A stretch of DNA of 27,009 bases, taken from a candidate division WOR-3 bacterium. Lineage in GTDB: Bacteria > Hydrothermota > Hydrothermia > LBFQ01. The notes beneath the pieces were generated by a model, which did not search any database, had not been told where the DNA came from, and was given only the letters and a program-made list of their open reading frames with translations. The DNA lies in contig JALUCS010000117.1 in NCBI GenBank assembly GCA_027050205.1, forward strand, positions 1 to 27,009, in the 5' to 3' direction. Positions 11,281-19,729 of the stretch are shown piece by piece. Each line of letters starts with the position of its first letter. Positions within the stretch are counted from its first letter, which is position 1. The translations under genes were made by a program, and so were the position numbers.

Positions 11281-12086
11281 GGTTAGGCACGTGGCTACCC
11301 GGCTTCTGCCGCTGGCGCGACAGCCGGTACACCAGAGGTGCCCCCAACCCTGGTCCTCTCGTACTGAGGGCAGCTCCCCTCAAGCGTCCCACGCCCACGG
11401 CGGATAGGGACCGACCTGTCTTACGACGGTCTGAACCCAGCTCACGTAGCCCTTTAATGGGCGAACAGACCAACCCTTGGGAGCTTGTTCACCCCCAGGA
11501 TGGGCTGAGCCGACATCGAGGTGCCGAACCGGGCCGTCGAAGTGGACTCTCGGGCCCGACTAGCCTGTTATCCCCGGGGTACCCTTTATCCGCTGAGCGA
11601 TGGCCCTTCCACACGGGACCACCTGATCACTAGGCCCCGCTTTCGCGTCTGCTCGGCCTGTCGGCCTCGCAGTCAGGCCCCCTTCTGCCCTTGCACTCAA
11701 CGGGCGGTACCGTCCGCCCTGAGGGGACCTTTGGGCTCCTCCGTTACCCTTTAGGAGGACGCCGCCCCAGCGAGACTGCCCACCAAGCGCTGTCCCCGCG
11801 AGGGTTTGCCTCGCTAGGTTAGGACCCCAACAGGACAAGGGTGGTATCTCACTGGCGGCTCCACCCGGGCTGGCGCCCGGGCTTCACAGCCTCCCACCTA
11901 TTCTGCACATGCCCTGCCAGGGCCCAACGCCAGGCTGCAGTAAGGGTCCACGGGGTCTTTCTGTCCCGCCGCGGGTAGCCAGCATCTTCACTGGCACTGA
12001 AGCTTCGCCGGGTCCCTCCCTGAGACAGTGGCCCAGTCGTTACGCCATTCATGCGGGTCACAACTTACGTGACAAGGAACTTCGCT

Positions 12087-12802
12087 CACCTTTCTCCACG
12101 GCTTTCACCGTGGGGTGGACCGTCCCTTCAGTCTGGCCCACGGTCCGCCTGTGGGAAGCGTCCCTTTATCTCCTCCCTTATGCGGAGGAGAGCGTCTCTC
12201 TTTTGGGTGTTCATCCGCAGTGCTATATCTATTATGTGCAAGAGGCCTTCGGGTGTCAGGTGTTGTCCCTCGGCCATCTTATGGACTATCCGCCGGAAGC
12301 GGATGAAGTCCACGTTCTTCTTGGTCTTGAGGGGATGGCGGGTGAAGAAGTCGCACACCTGCTGCAGGCATGCGAGCTTCCTTATCCTGAAGGCCCACCT
12401 GTCCCCATCACTTCTGCGGACGACACCGCAGCGGAAGAACCGCTTCAGGGCGTAGAGGATCTGGATATCCCTCTCGTGCTGGACGATTACGAACTCGGGT
12501 ATGACCTGGTACCCGAGCGAGGTCTTGGGGTTGCGTACCACCGATACGTGGAAGCAGCCCTCGCCGTCGGTGAAGCCGACGACCCAATCCGGAGTCAGAT
12601 CCATTTACTTACCTCCTTGTCGCTTCCCACGGGCCAGACTGCCCGGCGTACGGCCTCTGAGGATCCCCTCCCGCCTATTGGCGGGAAAGTTTCCTGCGGG
12701 TTGCCCAATCCCGACCATTTTTACGCCAGCCCTGTGGCTGGAAACGTAGGCCGGGCTCTAAGGGCTTTCCCGCATACAGCCGGGTTCAGGCAGCGGTCAG
12801 CT
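12087..12802 (-). mobile_element. Group I intron in 23S rRNA at E. coli position 1931 (716 nt)
   Basis: Interrupts CCTAAGGT^AGCGAA; 5' exon ends in U and the intron ends in G. P1 AGGU-AGC/GCU-GCCU has the U-G wobble at the splice site; guide CGCU can pair with 3' exon AGCG (P10); P7-like GGCCGU/ACGGUC; long P8 (12627-12641 with 12129-12143) encloses the ORF. Confidence 0.95.
12128..12604 (-). CDS. Intron-encoded single-motif LAGLIDADG homing endonuclease
   Basis: WVVGFTDGEGCF motif, FVIVQ, FFRCG, HPLKTKKNVDF, HLTPEGL; own SD AAGGAGGT inside the intron. Confidence 0.95.
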   Translation of the reverse strand: MDLTPDWVVGFTDGEGCFHVSVVRNPKTSLGYQVIPEFVIVQHERDIQILYALKRFFRCGVVRRSDGDRWAFRIRKLACLQQVCDFFTRHPLKTKKNVDFIRFRRIVHKMAEGQHLTPEGLLHIIDIALRMNTQKRDALLRIREEIKGRFPQADRGPD

Positions 12803-13097
12803 ACCTTAGGACCGTTAGGTTTACGGCCGTCGTTTACCGGGGCTTCGGCAGGGAGCTTGCACCCCCCGCCTTGACCTTCCGGCACCGGACAGGCGTCGCC
12901 CCCTATACCTCCCCTTACGGGTTGTGCAGGGAGCTGTGTTTTTGGTAAACAGTCGCCAGGCCCTATTCTCTGCGACCCACCCCAGCTCCTCCCGCGAGGG
13001 GATTCACCGGGGTGGGCCCCCCTTCTCCCGAAGTTACGGGGGCAACTTGCCGAGTTCCTTAGGGAGGGTTAACCCGCGCCCCTTAGCACGTTGCGTG

Positions 13098-13132
<35 letters not shown>

Positions 13133-13635
13133 GGCGCTTCAACGCCCGCGAGGTTATTTCTCGTCGGTGTGCTCCGGGCCCTTCCCCCGGCCCGAAGGCC
13201 GGAGTTCCTTACTCCCCCTCAGGCTCGGGGCCGGGATTTGCCTCGGCCCGTCATCGCCCTACGGGTTTGGAGGGGGTATTCCATCACCCCCCGGGCCCTT
13301 CGCTCCCGCGTCACCCCTCGGGCTCCACGCCGGTGGCGGGGGACTGTTGACCCCACTTCCCATCGGCTACGCCTTTCGGCCTCGCCTTAGGGACCGGCTG
13401 ACCCACCGCGGACGAACCTGCCGGTGGAAACCTTGGGCGTACGGGGAGGGGGATTCTCACCCCCTTAATCGCTACTGATGCCCGGATTCTCACTTGCCAG
13501 GCGCGACGCCTGGCAACGCTCCCCTACCGCTGCTGGCGACCGAAGGTCGCCAACAACCCGCAGCTTCGGCGGCCGGCTTGAGCCCCGTTAAATTTTCGGC
13601 GCGGAGGCGCTCGGCTGGTGAGCTATTACGCACTC

Positions 13636-13668
<33 letters not shown>

Positions 13669-14579
13669 AGCTGTCACAGCGCCTCCACCTCCTTTACCAC
13701 TTAGCCGGCACTTGGGGGCCTTAGCTGGCGGTCTGGGTTGTTTCCCTCCTCGGACGCGGAGCTTATCCCCCGCGCCCTCACTCCCGGGCTGTCGGGGAGC
13801 CGAGGCTCCCCTACCCTACGGGTATTCGGAGTTTGTCGGGGTTCGGAGTTGCCCCCTAGCCCCAACAGTGCTCTACCCCCCGTAGGGACCACCCGAGGCT
13901 GCACCTAGATGCATTTCGGGGAGAACCAGCTATCACCGGGTTCGATTAGCTTTTCACTCCTACCCACAGGTCATCCGAGGGCATTTCACCGCCCACCGGT
14001 TCGGGCCTCCAGCGGGTGTTACCCCGCCTTCACCCTGCCCATGGGTAGCTCACCCGGCTTCGGGTCTGCCGCCGCCGACTAAGTCGCCCTATTCGGACTC
14101 GGTTTCCCTACGGCTGCGCCCCAGAGGGGCTTAGCCTCGCCGACGACGGCAAGTCCCGGGCTCATTTTTCAATAGGCACCCCGTCACCCCACCACCCGAA
14201 GGTGGCGGAGCTCCGAGTTGTTGTAGGCGACAGGTTTCAGGTTCTCTTTCACCCCCCTTCCCGGGGTGCTTTTCACCTTTCCCTCACGGTACTGGTGCGC
14301 TATCGGTCAGGGGGTAGTATTTAGCCTTGGGCGGTGGTCCGCCCGGATTCCCACAGGGTTCCACGTGCCCCGTGGTACTCGGGGTCGTAGCCCCGGGAGA
14401 CCGTTCCCTTTCGCCTACGGGGCTGTCACCCTCTATGGCCGGCCTTTCCAGACCGTTCGGCTAGAGAACGGTTTTGTAACTCCCTGAGGGGTCTGGGGCC
14501 CCCTCCGGCTACGCCCCACTACCCCGCTCCTACCAACGCCCCCAGGCTTTAACGGTAGGAGCGGTTTAGGCTCCTCCCC

Positions 14580-14618
<39 letters not shown>

Positions 14619-14827
14619 TTTCCTCCGGGTACTGAGATGTTTCACTTCCCCGGGTGTCGCCTCGGCACGCCTTTCGGCGCGCCGATGACCCGCTATTAAG
14701 CGGGCCGGGTTTCCCCATTCGGGCATCCCGGGATCACAGCCATTTTGCGGCTCCCCCGGGCTTTTCGCAGCTTTACACGCCCTTCATCGCCTCCCCCTGC
14801 CGAGGCATCCACCTGTCGCCCTTACTA

Positions 14828-14859
14828 ATTTCGTCGCCTCACTTCCCCACGCTACCTGC
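14828..14859. repeat. 5' arm of the 32-bp inverted repeat enclosing the 23S rRNA
   Basis: Exact reverse complement of 11086-11117. Confidence 0.95.
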
Positions 14860-14889
14860 GTAGTTGTCATACCGATAACGAAGCGTAGA

Positions 14890-14918
14890 ATAATGGGGGG
14901 TGTTCCCGATTTTGTCAA
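14890..14918 (-). promoter_or_regulatory. Sigma70-type promoter of the 23S gene
   Basis: TTGACA (14918-14913), 17 nt spacer, CATTAT (14895-14890), about 30 nt upstream of the processing stem. Confidence 0.7.
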
Positions 14919-15020
14919 GTAGGGTGTCCCCCCTCTTACGCTCCTACGCAACCTTTCATTCGGATGCGGCGGGTATTATAAGGGGGAAAAGGGGACGTGT
15001 GGGGAGGGAAGGGGTAGTGC

Positions 15021-15641
15021 CTACCTTACTACGACTTTTTTAACACTGCTTCCGACTTTTACGAAATAGATACCACGCTTCAGATGGAGGGTCCTGGTTC
15101 CCTTGCTTGGCAAGACGAACCGAGTAATCAACCGGCCGGATACGTCCCATACTCCTACCTCTTTGGCTTCACCGTTTGAACGGTTGATAACCTCTACACC
15201 TCCGGGTAAGGATGCGATTTTGAAGTTTTCTACCTTCACTTTAGACTCAGAGTGCGAGTTTTGGGATTTGCCTGCCGGTACTATACCGCTACTTTTACAT
15301 CTACACACAGGGGAACCGCCGGAAGTACAACCACATATTACCACGCCATAGCAGGAGACAGAGCAGGACCCTGCACTACAGTTGGCAGAGCAGCTGGACT
15401 GCTCGTAGTTAGGGGCGGTTTCATCTCCTTTAGGTATAGGAAGACTGAAGGGAGAGGAGGATATACGCTCAAACTCCTTGAGGGTTTCGTCCCACAGGTG
15501 TAGTATCTCCTTTTCTCCCTTACTAAGGGATTGAAGGTCCTTCGGATCTTCGTGGGTAGATACGGTGAGGATATGAGAGGATCCTTCTATAATTACAGAA
15601 CCACCAGCATAGGTGGTCCCGAGGATCATCATCCACAGCAT
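15021..15641 (-). CDS. Secreted protein with an 8-cysteine segment and T9SS-like C-terminal domain
   Basis: CSANCSAGSCSVSCYGVVICGCTSGGSPVCRC; C-terminus VWDVSGRLI...LKRGIYFVKVG...KKVVVR; SD AAGGAGGT. Confidence 0.85.
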   Translation of the reverse strand: MLWMMILGTTYAGGSVIIEGSSHILTVSTHEDPKDLQSLSKGEKEILHLWDETLKEFERISSSPFSLPIPKGDETAPNYEQSSCSANCSAGSCSVSCYGVVICGCTSGGSPVCRCKSSGIVPAGKSQNSHSESKVKVENFKIASLPGGVEVINRSNGEAKEVGVWDVSGRLITRFVLPSKGTRTLHLKRGIYFVKVGSSVKKVVVR

Positions 15642-15782
15642 ACCTCTACCTCCTTCCCCCTTCGCCTATTACCCTCCGGGTGAAGGGGTTAAGCCCCGGA
15701 GAGATAACGCGGTCGGTGGATGGAAGCAGGTATTTCTCCCTTCCCTCCCCACTTACTTAGGGTATCATACACGAGCTGCATA

Positions 15783-15811
15783 ATAATGGTACCAGTATGC
15801 GAAATTGTCAA
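15783..15811 (-). promoter_or_regulatory. Sigma70-type promoter of the Cys-rich gene, same hexamers as the 23S promoter
   Basis: TTGACA (15811-15806), 17 nt spacer, CATTAT (15788-15783). Confidence 0.65.
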
Positions 15812-15876
15812 GTAGTTAAAAGTGAGAAAACTGTGCCAAGCTCTCCAATACCCTTGCTCAAGCTTAAAATTCCCTC

Positions 15877-16629
15877 GTGTTAGTAGCAGTTATATCGTTT
15901 GATACGGCTGTGGTGGATTCCCTTTGGAAGGTGGCGAAGATGTGGCGGGCTGGTACGAACGTTGAGAGGGTGGATTCCGCCAGGAACGCTATAATTTCTA
16001 TCGGGGGAGATGCCGTCCGATACGTTATTTTGAAGTACCTCCCCGAAGACGACCACCTCCAAACGCGGGCCATAAGGGACATCTGCCTCAAGGTACCGGA
16101 CACCTGCGCCCCCGCCGTAAGGAAGGTCCTGTTGCTAAAGGACACCATCGCCCAGAAGAACGCCCTATACGTCGCCGCGGAGGTCAGCATGCCCTCCCTT
16201 GAACCGGTATTGCTCCATCTCCTAAAGCGAAAGAAGGACAAGCGATGGATCTCCCGGATCCTTAGGGCGTTGTACAGGTCGGGTACTAAGGGTGTCTGCC
16301 GTACGGTACCAAAGTACGCGAACCATCCCTACGAGTACGTCCGTATGAGGGCGTTGATGCTGGTAGGGAAATACGGCTGTACTTCCCAGAAGCCTATGCT
16401 CTGGAAGGGGTTGAACGACCCCTACTTCATGGTAAGGGACGCAGCGAGGGAGGGGTTGGTACGTCTGGGTTTTACGACGGACGAGGTGATGGAGCATACG
16501 GAGGACGTCCGGAGGATTGAAATCTTCAAGCTCTTGAGCGAGAAATGTCCCGATGAGGAGATACTGTTCAAACTGAAACCCGCAAACCCCTTTGAGAGGT
16601 ACTGGTACGGCAGGATAAGGTGCGAGTGA
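15877..16629 (+). CDS. HEAT-repeat protein
   Basis: HEAT-like helix pairs NHPYEYVRMRALMLVG and LNDPYFMVRDAAREGLVRLG; TAAAAT 6 nt before the GTG start. Confidence 0.7.
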   Translation: MLVAVISFDTAVVDSLWKVAKMWRAGTNVERVDSARNAIISIGGDAVRYVILKYLPEDDHLQTRAIRDICLKVPDTCAPAVRKVLLLKDTIAQKNALYVAAEVSMPSLEPVLLHLLKRKKDKRWISRILRALYRSGTKGVCRTVPKYANHPYEYVRMRALMLVGKYGCTSQKPMLWKGLNDPYFMVRDAAREGLVRLGFTTDEVMEHTEDVRRIEIFKLLSEKCPDEEILFKLKPANPFERYWYGRIRCE

Positions 16630-16634
16630 GCGCC

Positions 16635-16994
16635 CTACTTACCCGACTCCCTCTTTATGTACTCTATGATGGCCTTCGCCTCTTCCTCGGAGACGTTCTG
16701 GTTGGTCATAGGGGTCTTGTACTTCTTCAGCAACTGTTTGGCTATGGGGTCGTACTTGAGCATGGAATCGGGGTTGGTTATCATGGCGATGAGCCACTCT
16801 GGTTTCCTCCGCTCGGTTACACCCTTGAGATCGGGACCTACTAACCTACCCTTCCCTATCGTGTGGCAGGCCATACATCCCTTCTGTTTGAAGAGCTTTT
16901 CACCCTTGGCGGCTAGATCTTGGTTTATACCTTTCCCAGCCGCCATAAGGACGACGGCTGTACCCAACACGGAAAAAGCAAGCATCCTCCTCAT
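16635..16994 (-). CDS. Class I monoheme cytochrome c
   Basis: Signal peptide MRRMLAFSVLGTAVVLMAA, CMACH heme motif, GPDL, distal Met in TPM. Confidence 0.95.
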   Translation of the reverse strand: MRRMLAFSVLGTAVVLMAAGKGINQDLAAKGEKLFKQKGCMACHTIGKGRLVGPDLKGVTERRKPEWLIAMITNPDSMLKYDPIAKQLLKKYKTPMTNQNVSEEEAKAIIEYIKRESGK

Positions 16995-17192
16995 ATCGGT
17001 GGATATTTTAACCCTGCGAGTTATACAGAGAGCAGGACCTTGTCTAAAAGGAGGGATTTAGATCTCAAGTACTACCTGAAGGCCAAACTTAAAGCGGAGA
17101 AGACGCATTTATAGTTCCTGTATGTGCCAGTTCCATTTATCAGACTTCCTTTGGACGTTATACGTTCTCTCCCCCTTATAATAGACGCTGGA

Positions 17193-17597
17193 ATGCCAAA
17201 AATCGCTGCTTTGAACACCTTAAGGGAAAAGCTCGGCGAAGACGGAGTTAATGCCCTGTTTGAGGTGCTTGAGGAGGAGAGAGAGAAGACGAGGGACCTT
17301 CTCTTCCGTCTCCTTGAGGAGAGGTTCGCCCGGAGGTTAGCCGAGGAGATAGGGAAACTCCGATCCGAGATGTACGAGGAGATGGGAAAACTTCGTTCCG
17401 AGATGCACGACGAGATAGGTAAGCTCCGGGCGGAGATGTATCGGGAGTTGGCCAAGGTGTGGAACGAGATAGGGAAGCTGCGGGCGGAGGTACAGAAGGT
17501 GAGGTCCGACATCATCAAGTGGATGTTCGTACTTGCGATTTCCCAGACCGTGGCGATTATTAGCGTCATCGTTGCGATAATGAGGTTTTTGAGGTGA
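17193..17597 (+). CDS. Membrane-anchored coiled-coil protein (DUF1640/CCDC90-like)
   Basis: Start moved to ATG 17193 (TATAAT just upstream). LREKLGEDG head, 11-residue repeats, IIKWMF followed by a C-terminal transmembrane helix. Confidence 0.75.
   Translation: MPKIAALNTLREKLGEDGVNALFEVLEEEREKTRDLLFRLLEERFARRLAEEIGKLRSEMYEEMGKLRSEMHDEIGKLRAEMYRELAKVWNEIGKLRAEVQKVRSDIIKWMFVLAISQTVAIISVIVAIMRFLR
17343..17441 (+). repeat. Three degenerate 33-bp coding tandem repeats
   Basis: EEIGKLRSEMY / EEMGKLRSEMH / DEIGKLRAEMY, with a fourth copy NEIGKLRAEVQ after a 7-residue insert. Confidence 0.85.
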
Positions 17598-17651
17598 GGG
17601 TAAAGTAGTTTCACACCGGGCAACGTTGCTCACCTCTCCGGCCTCCTTACT

Positions 17652-17681
17652 AAAAAAAGCCCCACCTTCAAGGTGGGGCTT
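17652..17681 (-). terminator. Intrinsic terminator after the aldehyde dehydrogenase, between convergent genes
   Basis: AAGCCCCACCT-TCA-AGGTGGGGCTT hairpin with a 7-T run on the minus strand. Confidence 0.9.
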
Positions 17682-17704
17682 AAATCTAACTGAACCCGTT
17701 TAGG

Positions 17705-19192
17705 CTACTCCATGTCCTCCCACGTGTCTATCTGGGCCTTCTGGAGACGGCCGGAGTAGTCAATGTAGACCGTCTTAAGCTCGGTAAAGATCTCGTACAC
17801 CGTCCAGCCACCCTCCCTGTGGCCGTTGCCTGTCTGCTTTACGCCGCCGAAGGGCAGGTGGGTCTCGGCTCCGATCGTCGGGGCGTTGACGTAGGTTATG
17901 CCGGCCTCAAGCCGCTCTATGGCCTCCATAGCCTCGCGGATGTCGTTGGTGTAGATGGAGGAGGAGAGGCCGTAGCGGATGTTGTTGGCCAGGTCTATGG
18001 CCTCGTCAAAGGACCTGACCTTGAAGACGGCCAGGACCGGACCGAATATCTCCTCCTGGGCTACGCGGGAGTTGGGGTCAACGTCCGTGAATATCGTTGG
18101 CTGGAAGAAGTAGCCGGGCCTGTCCACCCTCTCGCCGCCGTACAGGAGCTTGGCCCCGGAGTCCAGACCGTACTTGATGTAGAGCTGGACCTTCTTGAGG
18201 GCGCCCTCGTTCACGAGCGGGCCCATGTTGGTGTCCTCCTCCCACGGATCCCCTATCTTCAGGGTCTTCACCCTCTCAAGGAGCTTGTCCATAAACTCGT
18301 CGTAGATGGCCTCGTGGAGGATGAGGCGGCTGGTGGCCGTACATCTCTGACCTGTGGTGCCAAAGGCTCCCCAGAGGACGCCGTCCACGGCGAGGTCAAG
18401 GTTGGCGGAGGGCATGACTATCTGGGGGTTCTTACCGCCCATCTCAAGGGAGACCTTCTTGTAGGTGCGGGCGGCTATCTCGGCTATGCGGGCGCCCACG
18501 ATGCTGGAGCCGGTGAAGGAGACCACCCTTATATCCGGATGGGAGGCGATGGCCTCGCCCACCTCTCCACCGCTACCGGTGACCATGTTCAGGACTCCGG
18601 GCGGGACACCGGCCTCCTCAAAGATCTTCACGAACTCGGCGGCCGTCGCCGGCGAATCGCTGGCAGGCTTGAAGACAACCGTGTTCCCGGAGAGGAGGGC
18701 GGGGAAAATCTTCCACGAGGGGATGGCTATGGGGAAGTTCCACGGGGTTATGAGTCCGGCCACACCTATGGGCCTACGGATCACGTAGGCGGCCTTGTTC
18801 TCCAGCTCGGAGGGGGTGGTGAAGGAGAAGAGCCTCCTGCCCTCACCGAAGGCGTAGAAGCCCGTGTCTATGGCCTCCTGCACGTCCCCCCTCGCCTCCA
18901 CTATGGGCTTTCCCATCTCGCGGGACATGAGCTGGGCCAGCTCCTCCTTCCGCTCTATCAGTATCTCCGTCGCCCTCCTAAGGATCTCGGCCCTCTTGGG
19001 AGCGGGTATCCTGGACCACTTCGGGAAGGCCTCCTTGGCCGCCTTTACGGCCTCGTCCACGTCCTCCTTGGTAGATAGGGGATGGACGGAGATGACCTCG
19101 TCGGGGTAGGAGGGATTGCGGTTCTCAAAGGTGCGACCACTCTTGGAAGGCACCCACTTTCCGGCTATGTAGTTCAGGTACTCCTTTGCCAT
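17705..19192 (-). CDS. NAD(P)-dependent aldehyde dehydrogenase
   Basis: [28 protein letters not shown] (catalytic Cys), EEIFGPV, PFGG. Start placed at ATG 19192 (MAKEY), 8 nt after TAAAAT. Confidence 0.96.
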   Translation of the reverse strand: MAKEYLNYIAGKWVPSKSGRTFENRNPSYPDEVISVHPLSTKEDVDEAVKAAKEAFPKWSRIPAPKRAEILRRATEILIERKEELAQLMSREMGKPIVEARGDVQEAIDTGFYAFGEGRRLFSFTTPSELENKAAYVIRRPIGVAGLITPWNFPIAIPSWKIFPALLSGNTVVFKPASDSPATAAEFVKIFEEAGVPPGVLNMVTGSGGEVGEAIASHPDIRVVSFTGSSIVGARIAEIAARTYKKVSLEMGGKNPQIVMPSANLDLAVDGVLWGAFGTTGQRCTATSRLILHEAIYDEFMDKLLERVKTLKIGDPWEEDTNMGPLVNEGALKKVQLYIKYGLDSGAKLLYGGERVDRPGYFFQPTIFTDVDPNSRVAQEEIFGPVLAVFKVRSFDEAIDLANNIRYGLSSSIYTNDIREAMEAIERLEAGITYVNAPTIGAETHLPFGGVKQTGNGHREGGWTVYEIFTELKTVYIDYSGRLQKAQIDTWEDME

Positions 19193-19729
19193 AGGAGGGG
19201 ATTTTACCCCCGTCGGGCCGCCCATCCTCCCCTTTTGGGATGCACCGATATTACGCCGACGGTCGGATAAACCGCATTCGGGAAGCCTTCTAAAATCTCA
19301 TAAAATCAATATTCACTGTAGTAGTTTTAAATAAATTTTTGTGAAAAATAATACAAAACTACAAATTTTCATAAAACGTAAGTCATATCTCTGGAAAAAC
19401 GACTTCAGATTGGCAGAACGGTGCGAACGGATACCTTCAAAACGGATACGGGGATACAACGGCCGTCCGTAAGCAACGGAGAGGGTTCGGAAGACCCCCC
19501 TTAACCTAATACCTTACCTCTCCTGGATGGATAACCCCATATCCGGCTGTATGATTCGCAAAATTTAAAAATTTATGGAAATAACGAAATGAAGTGATAA
19601 TTTTCCCAAACCGTTAAACGTTTTGAAACGCCGGCCAAACTTCCCATTTTGGAACCGTTTGCAGTACCGTTAGTACAGTGTGCATATTCCCCCAACAAAC
19701 TCCCACCTCCGGCCTTAGAATTAAGACGT

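Noticed and set aside
14923..14998. Extra TATAAT (minus strand, about 14974-14979) as a second rRNA promoter or small RNA
   Set aside because: No convincing -35 or recognisable RNA structure; cannot be supported from sequence alone.
17343..17441. 33-bp repeats as a CRISPR array
   Set aside because: No spacers, in-frame coding repeats with synonymous variation, no cas genes.
19260..19560. Replication origin in the AT-rich spacer
   Set aside because: Only weak DnaA-box matches (GATGGATAA, GTCGGATAA), no cluster, and no dnaA/dnaN nearby.
19649..19729. Longer starts from the ORF track (19649, also 17124 and 19225)
   Set aside because: Each extension runs through a well-placed -10 box and looks non-coding; the downstream ATG fits the pattern seen across the window.
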